The position numbers and the translations under genes are program-made. Below are positions 26,977-40,634 of a stretch of 64,000 nt of DNA, piece by piece. Source of the DNA: the human T2T-CHM13v2.0 reference genome, Homo sapiens. Location of the stretch: assembly GCF_009914755.1 (NCBI RefSeq), contig NC_060948.1; one strand, given 5' to 3'. Position 1 is the first letter of the stretch; every line of letters starts with the position of its first letter. The notes beneath the pieces are model-generated. The model saw nothing but the letters and a program-made list of their open reading frames with translations, searched no databases and was not told the DNA's origin.

Positions 26977-28179
26977 TATCACCAAGCAGTGAGTACCATT
27001 GGATCCCTTTCACTTGTTATTCTGTCCGATTTTTCATTAGAATTTGGGGGCTAAATACTGGGCACCTTCAGCCAGTTAAAAGTCACTAGCACGGCTGCTG
27101 GACTAAAGACATGGGTGTCAGGCTTTCTGGGAAAGGTCTCTCTAACAACCCCCGACTCTTAGGATTTGGGAGCATTGGTTTGCCTGGAACCAGCTTCCAC
27201 TTTTCCTGTACTTCCAGGCTGAGGCAAGGGTCAACAGAGCGGAAAGCCATTCAGCCCTCTGGTCCTGATAAAATTTGGTTGATCCTGTGGCCATGAGTGG
27301 AACTTTCAAAGTCATGTCATCCAAGTGATACTCCCCATCTATTCTATCTATCCTGACCATTGCCACCTGGGTCTAATACCTGTCAGACAAACTTCCTCTT
27401 GGCTCTCTTCTCTGAGGCTAGTCCCACTTCTAAAAACCACTCCCTGTCTCTGCCGCTTTTCTAGTTTCTCCTATAAGAATGATTTCTAGTATAAACTTTA
27501 GGACTCTGTTACCTGCTTAAGCACCTGGGCTCACCAATTAGAAAGACACAATTTTTGCCCAAAGCCCCATTGTAGGGTGGACTGTCTGGAATTTTAAGAT
27601 ACCCCCTGAGACAAGCAGGCCTAACAAAAGCTATTCCTGAAGCTAGGATATGGGGAGCCTCAGAAATGATATCCTTCCTATTCAAAAGAGGACAAAAGGT
27701 ATCACTCTACCAACTCTGGAGATCCCTCTCCTCCCTCAGGATATGACCCTCCCCTTCATTTTTGAGGCATAACATCTTTATAGGATATGAGCAAAGGAGA
27801 ACACTTAGGACTCTAACAAGTTTTCAAGAATGCATTAGTAAGGGCCTCTAAATCCAATTTTTCTTGGTCCTCTTTGTGGTCTAGGAGGACAGGCAATGGT
27901 ACAGGTTTCTGAGAATGCATTGGTAAAGGCCACTAAATCTGACATTCCTCAGTCCTCCATGTGGTCTGGGAGGAAAACTAGTGTTTCTGCTGCTGCATCG
28001 GTGAGTGCAACTATTCTGATCAGCAGGGTTCAGGGACAATTGTGGGTTCTTGGGTAAGAGGTGTTCCTGCTGCTGTGTTGGTGATCACAACTATTCCAAT
28101 CAGCAGAGCCCAGGGGCCATTGCAGGTTCTTGGGCAGGGGGAGAAACAAACCAAAACCATGGGTGGTTTTGTCTTTCAG

Positions 28180-29632
28180 ATGGGAAACACCCAGTCATCA
28201 ACAGGCTCACCGTTGAAATGCATCCTAAGCCATTGGGAGCAATTTAACCCACAAACCCTGAAAAAGAGGTGGCTCATTTTCTTCTGCACTATGGCCTGGC
28301 CCCAATATTCTTTTTCTGATGAGGAAAAATGATGATCTGAGGGAAGTATAAATTACAATACTATCCTGCAGCTTGAACTTTTCTGTAAGAGAGAAGGCAA
28401 ATGGAGTGAAATACCTCATATCCAAGCTTTCTTTTCATTGAAGGAGAATACATAACTATGCAAAGCTTGCAGTTTACATCCTACAGGAGGATGTCTCAGC
28501 TTACTCCCATATCCTAGCCTCCCTATAGCTCCCCTTCCTGTTTATGATAAGCCTCTTCTAATCTCCCCCACCCAGAAGGAAATAAGCAAAGAAATATCCA
28601 AAGGACCACAAAAATCCCCAGGCTATTGGTTATGTCTCCTTCAAGCTGTAGGGGGAGGGGAATTTGGCCCAAACCAGGTACATGTCCTCTTCTCCCTCTC
28701 TGATTTAAAGCAGATCAAGGCAGACCTGGGGAAGTTTTCAGATGATCCTGATAGGCACATAGATGTCCTACAGGGTCTAGGACAACCCTTCAATCTCACT
28801 TCTAGAGATGTCATGCTATTGTTAGATCAAACCCTGGCCTTTAATGAAAAGAATGCAGCATTAGCTGCAGCTTGAGAGTTTGGAGATACCTAGTATCTTA
28901 GTCAAGTAAATGACAGAATGACAGCTGAAGAAAGGGATAAATTCCCTACTGGTCAGCAAGCCAAGCCCAGTATGGATCCCCACTGGGAACTTGACTCAGA
29001 TCATGGGGATTGGAGTTGTAAACATCTGTTGACCTGTGTTCTAGAAGGACTACTGAAAATTAGGAAAAAGTCCATGAATTATTCAATGATGTCCATCATA
29101 ACTCAGGGAAAGGAAGAAAATCCTTCTGCCTTCCTTGAGTGGCTACAGGAGGCGTTAAGAAAATATACTCACTTGTCACCCAACTCACTCAAGGGTCAAC
29201 TGATTTTAAAAGATAAGTTTATTACCCAATCAGCAACAGATACCAGGAGAAAGCTCCAAAAGTGAGCCCTGGGCCCTGAACAAAATCTAGAGGCATTATT
29301 AAATCTGGCAACCATGGTGTTCTATAATAGGGACCAAGAGGAACATATCCCAAAGGAAAAGCGAGATAAGAGAAAGGCCTTAGTCATGTCGCTCAGACAA
29401 ACAAACCTTGGTGGTTCAGAAAGGAGAGAAAATGGAGCAAGCCAATCACCCCATAGGGCTTGTTGTCAGTGTATCTTACAAGGACACTTTGAAAAAATTG
29501 TTCAAAAGGAAACAAGTCCCCCCTCATCCATGGCCACTATGCTGAGGCAATCACTGGAAGGCACACTGCCCCAGAGTGCAAATGTTCTCTGGGACAGAAG
29601 CCCCCAACCAGATGATCCAACAACAGGACTGA
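28180..29632 (+). pseudogene. gag: HERV9 gag with multiple stops
   Basis: MGNTQSSTGSPLKCILSHW; ITQGKEENPSAFLE major homology region. Confidence 0.9.
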
Positions 29633-32600
29633 GGGTATCTGGGGCAAGCACTAGCTCATGTTATCACCCTCACTGAGCCCCAGGTATATTTAACCATTGA
29701 GGGCCAGGAAACTGACTTTCTCCTGGACATGGGTGTGGCTTTCTCATTGTTAATCTCCTGTCCTGGAAGACTGTCCTCAAGGCCCGTTACCATCTGATGA
29801 ATCCTGGGACAGCCTGTAACCAGGTATTTCTCCCACCTCCTCAGTTGTAAGTGGGAGACCTTGCTCTTTTCACATGCCTTTCTTGTTATGCCTGAAAGTC
29901 CCACACCCTTATTAGGGAGGGATACGTTAGCCAAAGCTGGAGCTATTATCTTTATGAATATGGGGAACAAGTTACCCATTTGTTGTCTCCTACTGGAGGA
30001 GGGAATCAACCCTGAAGTCTGGGCATTGGAAGGATAATTTTGAAGTGCAAAAAATGCCTGTCCAGTCCAAATCAGCCTAAAATATCCCACCACTTTTCCT
30101 TATCAAAGGCAATATCCCTTAAGGCCTGAAGCTCATAAAGGATTACAGGATATTGTTAAACATTTAAAAGCTCAAGACTTAGTAAAGAAATGCAGCTGTC
30201 CCTGCAATACCCCAGTTCTATGAGTACAGAAGCCAAATGGTCAGTGGAGACTAATGCAAGGTCTTAGACTCATCAATGAGGCAGTAATTCCTCTATATGC
30301 AGTTGTACCCAACCCCTATACACTGCTCTCTGAAATACCAGAGGAAGAAGAATGGTTCACTCTTCTGGACCTCAAGTGTGCCTTTTTCTGTTCCCCTGCA
30401 CACTGACTCCCAGTTTCTCTTCGCTTTTGAGGATCCCACAGATCACAGGAGGATGTCTTAGCTTACTCCCATATCCTAGCCTCCCTATAGCTCCCCTTCC
30501 TATTAGTGATAAGCCTCCTTATGTGGACGTCCACCTTACGTGGACAGTCTTGCCCCAAGGGTTTAGGGATAGCCCTCATCTGTTTGGTTAGGCACTGGCC
30601 CAATATCTAGGCCACTTCTCAAGTCCAGGCACTCTGATCCTTCAGTATGTGATGATTTACTTTTGGCTACCAGTTTGGAAGCCACATGCCAGCAGGCTAC
30701 TCTAGATCTTTTGAACTTTCTAGCTAATCAAGGGTACAATATGTCTAAGTCGAAGACCAAGCTTTGCCTACATCAGGTCAAATGTCTAGGCCTAATCTTA
30801 GCCAGAGGGGCCACAGCCCCCAGAAGGGAATGAATACAGCCTATACTGGCTTATCCTTGCTCTAAGACATTAAAACAGTTGTGGCAGTTCCTTGGAATCA
30901 CTGGCTTTTGCTGACTATTTGTCCCTGGATACAGTGAGATAGACAGACCCCTCTGTACTCTAATCAAGGGACCCAGAAGGCAAATAATCATCTAGTAGAA
31001 TGGGAACCAGGGGGCAGAAACAGTCTTCAAAACCTTAAAACAGTACCACTAGTTCTAATACAAGCTCCAGCTTTAGGCCTTCCCACAGGACAAAACTTCT
31101 CTTTATATGTCACAGAGAGAGCAGGGATAACTCTTGGACGGCTTACTCAAACTCGTGGGACAACCCCACAACCAGTGGCCTACCTAAGTAAAGAAATTGA
31201 TATAGTAGGAAAAGGCTGGCCTCACTGTTTATGGGTAGTTGTGGCGGTGGCCATCCTAGTGTCAGAGGCTATCAAACTAATACAAGGAAGGATCTCACAA
31301 CTATACTACTCATGATGCAAATGTCGTATTAGGTGCCAAAGGAAGTTTATGGCTATCAGGTAACTGCCTGCTTAGAAACAAGGCACTGCTCCTTGAGGGA
31401 CCAGTGCTTCAAATATATACATATGTGACCCTCAACCCTGCAACTTTTCTCCCAGAGAATGGGGAACCAATTGAGCGTGACTGCCAACAAATTGTAGTCC
31501 AGACTTATGCCACCCGAGATGATCTCCTATAAGTCCCCTTAGCTAATCCTGACCTTAACCTGTATACCAATGGAAGTTCATTTGTGGAGAATGGGATATG
31601 AAGGGCAGGTTTTGCCACAGTTAGTGATGTAAGCGTGCTTGAAAGTCAGCCTCTTCCCACAAGGACCAGCACCTAGTTAGCAGAACTAGTGGCACTTGCC
31701 AAAGCCTTAGAACTGGGAAAGGAAAAAAGAAAAAATGTGTATACAGATAGCAAGCATGCTTATCTACTACTACATGCCCATGCTGCAACATGGAAAGAAA
31801 GGGAATCTCTAACCTCTGTGGAACCCCAATTAAATATCACAAGGAAATTATAGAGTTATTGCACGCAGTGCAAAAACCAAAGGAGATGACAGTTTTACAC
31901 TCCCAAAGCCATCAGAAAGGTGAAGGAGAAAAGGCAGAAGGAAACCATTGGGCATATGCTGAGGACAAAATTGCTGCCAAGCAGAAACTCCCAAGAGAAA
32001 TACTTATGGAAAGACCCTTGGTATGCAGCAACTCCCACCAAGAGATTAAGCTCCAGTATTCCCTGACTGAAACAGAATGGGCACTTTCACGGGGGCATAG
32101 TTTTCTCCCCTCGGGGTGATTAACGACAGAAGGAAAGGTACTTATACCCAAAGCCAGCCAGTGGAAAATACTTAAAACCCTCCATAAAACTTTTCATATG
32201 GGTATTGAAAACACTCATCAAATGGCCAAATCCCTATTTACAGGGCCAAACCTCCTCCGGACAATTCGACAGGTAGTCACAGCCTGTGAGGTGTGCCAAA
32301 GGAATAATCCCTTGGTCCATCATAAGACCCCTTTGGGGGAAAAAGAATATGTCACTGTCCTGGAGAGGACTGATTGTTAGACTTCACTCATATGCCTAAG
32401 TCAAAGGGATTTTAATAGTTGTCGGTCTGTGTTGATATCTTTACAAATTGGATAGAATACTTCCCCTGCAAGACAAAGAAGTCTCAGGAAGTCATTAAAG
32501 TCCTAATTCATGAAATAATTCCTAGATTTGGGCTTCCCCAAGGATTACAGAGCAACAGTGGTTCGGCTTTTAAAGCCATGATAGCTCAGGGAATTTCCAG

Positions 32601-33283
32601 GGCATTAGGGATACAATATCTCCTTCACTGCTCCAGGAGGCCACAATCTTCAGGGAAGATCAAGAAGGCAAATGAAACACTCAAGAGGAACTTAGGGAAA
32701 CTCACACAAGAAACTCATCTCCCTTAGCCTACCCTTTTGTCCATGGCCTTGTTGAGAATCTGAAATTCTCTTCACAAAATGGGGCTCAGTCCATATGAAA
32801 TGCTCTATGGATGACATTTTCTCACAAATGACCTCTTACTTGATCAGGATATGGCCAACTTGGTCAAAGATATAACTTCTTTGGCAAAATGTCAATAAAA
32901 CCTTGAAAAACTACCTGAAGGATGTCACAGAGAAAAGGGAACAGAATTGTATCAACCAGGAGATTTAGTGTTGGTCAAATCTCTCCCCTCTACCTCACCA
33001 TCTATGGACTCTTTGCGAGAAGGACCATACTTGGTAATCCTCTCTACTCCCACTGCAGTTAAGGTGGGAGGAGTGGAATCTTGTATTCATCATACCAGAG
33101 TTAAATTTTGGACACTCCCTGTGGAACCTGTGGGACTGTCAGCTCAGGAGTCCCAAGATCAGCCAGACCAGTCTTGATAAACCTGTGAACCATTGGAGGA
33201 CTTACATCTCCTATTTCAGAAGGAACTATCCCAGACCAAAATGCTCCTACAAGTGATCCTGAAGAGAAATCCCTTCCTCCTTA
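29633..33283 (+). pseudogene. pol: HERV9 pro-pol, disrupted
   Basis: FLLDMG protease site, LTWTVLPQGFRDSPHLFG, frameshifted YVDD near 30646, IN IIPRFGLP. Confidence 0.9.
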
Positions 33284-33551
33284 AAAAAGATAAGTGAAAA
33301 CCTACATAATCTTTAACACTCTTCTTGCCCCTTTAATGGAATCCTTTCATTATTATTAAGCAGTATATTAACCATATATTATTCATTATTATTAAGCAGT
33401 ATACATTATTAAGCAGTATACTAACCATACTCTTTGCAATAGGACTAAATACTGTAGCTCCTGCTGGGATGAAAATCATAATCACATCAACCTTCTTTCT
33501 ATCTTCCTTCTGACAGCAATTTACTCCTACATTTAACTCAGCCTGGATAAA

Positions 33552-35400
33552 ATGATCTCATCTTCCAGAGCACCTTCCTTACCTTCCTATTTACCCTTTG
33601 CCTATCTATCCCTCCTGCTTCCTTGGATACCTCATACAATCACCCCTCCCCTTCCACTAGCTCCTAACTACCTCTACAACACTCTCAAGTTAACTCACTC
33701 TCTGTTAAAGCAGTCCAATCCTTCCCTGGCAAATTACTGTTTGCTTTGTATCTTTGTCAACCTCTGCTTATGTTGCCACTCCCATTCCCACAAAAAACTG
33801 GGTCTTTACCAACTTAACCTAGCACCCTCATTATGAAGGAAAATACCCTTTCTGACTTCTAAATATGCAATCATTAGCAGACTTCCTCATCTCTGATAGG
33901 ACCAAGAACACCCTAACAGGAAATGCAATTCAACTTTTTCATTCTTACATTTCCAACCTCACCGATTACACAAGTAATGAAAAGCCCATACACAGCCCTG
34001 TAACTGCGAATACCATCTTAACTGTCCAAGCCCCTTTATGCATCCAACACAACCTGTAATCAGGCCTGCCCTGGGGAACCTACTACCTCATCAGCGTAAT
34101 TACACCCTACAACTTCAAGCCGCAACTGATCATAGTAACTTCCGAGTCACCCAAAGAGCTCCATTCAGATGGCTTGTCCACTTCTCAGGACCCCCCAAAA
34201 TCATCACCTCCTCCGTGCTCAACAAACAGTCCAGGTTTTGTAATGGCAAACAAACTCCCAGCAGGACCATTCACCCCTGGACCCCCTGCAGCAAATCCCC
34301 CACCATTAGTGAGTGCCTTCTCATCCCCTCTTTCAATCACTCTCTCGAATTGTTCCTAGTAGATACAAAACAGTTTTTTCTCTAATGGGAAAATAGAACA
34401 CAGGGAGCCACTCAGTTTCCTCCCAACACCCCTTTCCAGCCATCGTTGGAGCTACCTTGGCAACTACTCTAGGAGTATGGGAAAATGAAAATAACAAACT
34501 CACACACCTTTTTAACATATACAACCAGTTCTGTCTACCCAGCCAAGGTATATTATGTGGAACGTTGACCTATATCTACCTTCCTGCTAACTGGACAGGC
34601 ACCTGCACATTGGTCTTTCTAAGTCCCAACATTAACATTGCCCCAGGAAATCAGACCTTATCTGTACCCCTCAAGCTCAAGTCCATCAGTGCACAGCCAT
34701 ACAACTAATACCCCTACTTACAGGGTTACGAGTGGCTACTGCTACAGGAACTGGAATAGCTAGTTTATCCACTTCATTATCCTACTACCACACACTCTCA
34801 AAGCATTTCTCAGACTGTTTGCAAGAAATAACAGAACACATCCTTACTCTACAATCCCAAATAGACTCTTTGGCAGCAGCAATGTTCCAAAACTGCTGAC
34901 GTCTAGACCTCCTCACTGCTGAGAAAGGAAGACTCTGAACCTTCTTAGGGGAAGTGTCGTTTTTACACTGACCAGTAAGGGATAGTACAAGATGTTGCCT
35001 GGCATTTACAGGAAAAGGCTTCTGAAATCTGACAATGCCTTTCAAACTCTTATACCAGCCTCTGGAGTTGGGCAACATGGCTTCTCTCCTTTCTAGGTCC
35101 CATGGCAGTCATCTTGCTATTACTCAACTTTGGGCCCTGTATTTTTAACCTCCTTGTCAAACTTGTTTCCTCTATGATCAAGGCCATCAAGCTTCAGATG
35201 GTCTTACAAATGGAATCCCAAATGAGCTCAACTAACAACTTCTACTGAGGACCCCTGGACTGACCTGCTGGCCCTTTACTGGCCTAAAGAGTGCCCCTCT
35301 GGAGGACACTACAACCGCAGGGCCCCTTCTTCACCCCTATCCAGCAGGAAGTATCTACAGCAGTCATCGCCCAATTCCCAAGAGCAGTAGGGATGTCCTG
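33552..35400 (+). pseudogene. env: HERV9 env, disrupted
   Basis: Signal-peptide-like start, LPANWTGTCTLVFL and a degenerate LQNRRGLDLLTAEKGG immunosuppressive domain at about 34885-34940. Confidence 0.88.
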
Positions 35401-37087
35401 TTTAGAGGCAGATTGAGAGGTGAAGCTGGCTGGGCTTCTGGGTGGGGTGGGGACTTGGAGATCTTTTCTGTCTGGCCAAAGGATTGTAAACACACAAAAC
35501 AGTGCTCTGTGTCTAGCTAAAGGTTTATAAATGCACCAATCAGCACTCTGTAAAAAGGCACCAATCAGTGCTCTGTGTCTAGCTAAAGGTTTGTAGATGC
35601 ACCAATCAGCACTCTGTAAAAATGGACCAATCAGCACTCTGTAAAATGGACCAATCAGTGCTCTGTAAAGTGGACCAATTAGCAGAACGTGGGCAGGGCC
35701 AAATAAGGGAAGGCTGGCCACCCCAGCCAGCAGCAGAAACCCACTCAGTTCCCCTTCCATGCTGTGGAAGCTTTGTTCTTTCACTCTTCACAATAAATCT
35801 TGCTGCTGCTCACTCTTTGGGTCCACACTACCTTTGTGAGCTGTAACATTCACTGTCAAGGTCTGCAGCCTCACTCCTGGAGTCAGTGAGACCACGAACC
35901 CACTGGGAGGAAGAAACAACTCTGGAAGCACCACTTTTAAGAGCTGTAACACTCCCTATGAAGGTCTGCAGCTTCACTCTTGAAGTCAGAAAGACCACGA
36001 ACCTACCAGAAAGAAGAAACTCTGGACACATCTGAACATCAGAAGGAACAAACTCGAGACACCATCTTTAAGAACTGTTAACACTCACCATGAGGGTCCA
36101 GAAGGAAGAAAGTCTGGACACATCTGAATATCAGAAGGAACAAACTCTGGACACACCATCTTTAAGAACTGTAACACTCACCATGAGGGTCCACAGCTTC
36201 ATTCTTGAAATCATCGAGACCAAGAACCCACCAGAAGAAACCAATTCCAGAAAGACTACCTTGTCATTTTATTCATTTGTTTTCAAGAAGAAGTCTACTG
36301 GGATAAAGTAGGAAAAAATAAATGATAAAACATCTTTTTTTTTTTTTTTCTAAATGGGTCACCTCCTTGTATTTGGATTGTTTTTTCCATAATGAGACTT
36401 TGATATTCATGGTATTTACACTTTACAGAGATTAGCCTATAATTAGAATTATTTCAAAATTCACAAGAAAAAATGTTTGATCATAAATTTACTAGATAAA
36501 TTTCTACTGGAACCTCAGTATTTAAAACTGAAAATACTTTATAAACATTTCTTATCCACAGTATAGATACTCCTCATTGAGGAATTTAAACATTATGTCA
36601 GAAAAAATCTGTATTTGATTAGCTTTCTAGGGAGATAAACACGACATTAATCTACAAACAGGAATTTTTACAAATTATCCTTTATTTGTATAGCGTTCTC
36701 TGTGATTTTCAGCCAGGCAGCCATCCCCTCTGGTTCTATCTAGTGCCATATACATGCCCCCTCAGCCCCAGCTGCAGGCAGCCTCCCTACCATGATGTAA
36801 AATCCCTTGTTTCCACAGGGATTCCACCTGACTTGAGAGACCCCCTCCCCTATAAATGTTAATCCAACATTGTGTTTTAGGCTCAGTCAATGTGGCTTTC
36901 TTCTCTTCTTTAATGTTGAAAGTTGCTTGGAGGAGCAGCTGAATCTCATAGCCCATGGAGTTTCCAACGGGCTGGCTTTCTGACAGGTTTGTTGGGTAAG
37001 AGAGTGTAATCAGGAGAAGGGCAAAACTTTTCTTAACCACTATAAAAATAAACGGATACCCCAGGTTTCAAATATTCTCTCTCTCTC

Positions 37088-37394
<307 letters not shown>

Positions 37395-39366
37395 TAAGTT
37401 TCCCTTTATAAAGAATCCTGCTGAAAACAATCTAATCTAAGCATATAATACCTATGCAAATAATATATATAATAAACACCAGATCTGGAATGCCAATTTT
37501 ATACAGAAAGTTGAAGGGTTTTTTTTGCTGGAGTGCAGTGGAGATAATTCCTCATTGCCATCACACTCTACCTCCTTATTCAGGAAGCATTCACAAACTC
37601 TGCCTGTATGACACCAAAAGTATCACAGTTAGTTCCCTGAAATTAAACCCCAGTAAAATCCTTAACCAGTTCATTCAGGGGCCCCTTCTGTGCAGCCCAA
37701 GTGTTGGCACAAAACAAGTAGTTGGTGCTTCAGATGTCCCACTCTTTCCTCACTGGCCTGTCCCTGGGCTCCATAGAGAAACAGTGAGAAACATCCTTAT
37801 CATAAATGGATATGATCTACCTACAAATGGAAAAAACAAACAAACATAATTTATCTTTATACAAATGATGCTCTTTACCTTTGATTATAGTTTACCTGCT
37901 TAAATGATTTTGTCTGCATTGCAAAGTATTTTATCCAAAATAAAATTTCTGTCCAATGATCTTTAAAACTGTCTTGTTATGTAATGCCATATATTTATAA
38001 ATAACTGATACCTTGATGTGTCAACATTAGATAGTTTTGATGGGATATTCTAAAAGAGGATGTCAAAAACATTGATTTACAGTTGCAAAGCAGAAATAAT
38101 AATTATACAAATTTTCTTAATTTTTTGGGGGATGGAAAAAGAAAAAAAACCGCTAACATTGAAAATGTTCAGTTTTAACTTCAGTAGTTAGGTACTGAAG
38201 TACTACCCAAAACAAGGCAGAGAACTAAGACATTATTGAGTCACACATACTTCAACCTGTTTATAAATTCTCATGAGTTTAAAGTTTGAAATCCAACCGA
38301 TTACATTTATTTAAGAAGGAAATTTTGTACAGAGCCATCTCTGCCCTTTGGAAATAGTGTGATGAATTCTGATCCTGGAGCATAAAGTTGAAAACTTTTT
38401 ACTTTCTTCATATATAAGTATGCCAGAAGTTTTAATTTAAATACAATGGCAAATACAGAGTAAATGAAATATTTCCAAAGGACATGTAATCAACAAGTGA
38501 CAAAAATTTCCAAGTTAATCTCCAGAGGGTGTAATCTCTCAAGCAGTAAGTTGCTTGAGTCAACTATTTGATAATTTTTATTAGCCAACAGAGGCACTGG
38601 ACAGGGCAAATGCTAAAGCTGAAAAAAAAGAGCAACTGCAGTTTGTAGGGGGAAGTGTGAATCTAATTGTAGCCCTGGTCATGAGTCTGGTTTTGACAGA
38701 CCTATCTGCAGATCTACTTCTAGCTTATCTCTTGGACACTCTTTTAGGTCCAGATTGCCTCTTACATAGGGAATACAGTACACGGAGACATGTCCTGACA
38801 CTGAAATAATGGGTAACGTGTGCTCATCTGTAAAAAAGCTGTGAGGAGAAATTGGAATTTTTTCTCTGCCTCTGCTGCAGACGCTCAGTGACAAGGAGCA
38901 CTGTTTATAGGAAAGGTTTATTCACGGACTATGGGAGGGCAGTCCTTTATGGAACTGTGGAGCACCATGCACCAGGAACAGTTAGTTATGACACAAACTG
39001 CCAGTGGCATCTGCTGGAAGATGAAGCCCTTGACCCTAAGATGTGTTGGGAATTATTTGTGTCATAGAAAGCCAGTACTTATGTGGGATGATAATGACCA
39101 AATAACATGAGCAAGAGGACTCAAAAAGAGATGCCATAAATAACAGAAAGACAGAAAATTAATCAATCTTACTGAGTTAATAATAAAATGAAGAAAAACC
39201 AACCAGTCAACCAACCACTAACCAACACAGTGAAGGGGAAGGGTTAAAAAGAGAACAAGTCTCAAACTTGTTGAGATGGTGCAGAAAGGGCCTTAAGACA
39301 TAGGACTCCCCCATGCCAGTAAGAATAAAATTACAGCATGAAGTTTCACACAGGTTCAGAGGTTTG

Positions 39367-39477
39367 CCTCCTCCTCCTCCTCTTTCTTCTTCTTCTCCTT
39401 CTTCTTCTTCTTCTTCTTCTTCTTCTTCTTCTTCTTCTTCTTCTTCTTCTTCTTCTTCTTCTTCTTCTTCTTCTTCT
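39367..39477 (+). repeat. DYS612: Y-STR DYS612: (CCT)5(CTT)1(TCT)4(CCT)1(TCT)26, 37 units in total
   Basis: Repeat counted directly; structure and flanking primer sites (39308-39327, 39495-39514) match DYS612 as recalled. Confidence 0.9.
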
Positions 39478-39604
39478 GTCACTTTTCCAAATTATTTTCT
39501 TTTGCCTTCCCTCAGTTCCCTTTTTGGCTCTAGATACCCATGGCAAGTGTCAAGCAATGCACAAGAATGAACAAAAGGCAGCCATTGTTGCTGGTAGATT
39601 ATTC

Positions 39605-39743
39605 TGTTTGGAAGGTATGGTTTTGTGTGCACTTTTGGTTGAAAACCTATGTCTAACATCCATGTCAGACAAGGTTTGTCTGGAAGGTATGGTTTTGTGT
39701 GCACTTTTGGTTGAAAACCTATGTCTAACACCCATGTCAGACA
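39605..39743 (+). repeat. Near-perfect tandem duplication, 72-bp period
   Basis: tgt(t/c)tggaaggtatgg...ca(t/c)ccatgtcagaca at 39605 and 39677. Confidence 0.95.
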
Positions 39744-39928
39744 TTGATGGGGAGAGAGGCAGCCTCCTCTCCCCACAAATTTCAGTGAGAATGACCTTCA
39801 AGAATCAGCTCCATAAGACCTTCCCTGGGTGTCACTGTCTAGACTCTCCACCACCTTGAAATTCACTCTTTCTTCTTATCTAAAATTTCAAGGATGGGAG
39901 CTAAGAAACTAGATGCAACCTAATATTT

Positions 39929-39940
<12 letters not shown>

Positions 39941-39961
<21 letters not shown>

Positions 39962-40246
39962 AGACAAGGTCTGGCTCTGTCACCCAGGTTGGAGTGCAGT
40001 GGTGTGATTACCTAACTCAACTTCTACCTACCAGATTCAAGCCATCCTCTCACTTCAGCCTCTTGAGTGGTTGGGATTACAGGTGTGTGCCACTACATCT
40101 GGACACTTGGTTAATTTTTGAATTTCTTGTAGAGATGGAGTTTCATCTTGTTGTCTTGGCTGTTCTCAAATTCCTGAGCTTAAGTGATCTTTCTGCCTCA
40201 GCCTCTCAAAGTGCTGGGATTATAGGGGTGAACCACCATGCCCAGA
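39941..40246 (-). mobile_element. AluJ
   Basis: Diverged Alu with poly-T; degenerate TSD taatatttagt / taatgctcagt. Confidence 0.88.
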
Positions 40247-40634
40247 CTAATGCTCAGTACTTAAGGTTCTCCTAATCTCTGGTACTAATTAATTTCTAAC
40301 TTGTCTGTCATGACATGTCAGTGTTTGCTTGTCTTCATATGTTTATCACTGTCCCCTGTTCATCATTTATATTTATTAAATGTTTTGAAGGAGCTCAGAC
40401 TTAAAATGACTGGTAGGAGTTTCAGTGTCTCACAATAAGTACCCTTTTGAAATAGTCTGGTAGAATTGGGCTGGAGATAGAAAGTTTTGGGGATCTCTTG
40501 GCAGTATTCAGATATCCCTAGAGTGAAGGTAAAGAGGACATTGTTGCATATATCGAATTTCCAGCACCATTTATTGAAGGAATCTTCTTTCTCCAATGTA
40601 TATTCTTAGCACTTTGTCAAAAAAAGTTGATGGA

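Larger units (their letters stand above)
26003..36255 (+). mobile_element. Full-length HERV9 (ERV9) provirus; LTR12 at 26003-26955 and 35414-36255
   Basis: 4-bp TSD CTAC (25999-26002, 36256-36259), tRNA-Arg PBS, gag-pro-pol-env order, PPT. Confidence 0.95.

Noticed and set aside
33552-35400. Syncytin-like intact env
   Set aside because: Multiple stops and frameshifts, with mutated furin site and immunosuppressive domain.
35284-35784. 166-aa antisense ORF with repeated LQSADW motifs
   Set aside because: Translation of LTR12 CCAAT repeats on the opposite strand.
39207-39859. Poly-Glu, poly-Ser, poly-Leu and poly-Arg ORFs
   Set aside because: Artefacts of the stop-free trinucleotide repeat, open in every frame with no gene context.
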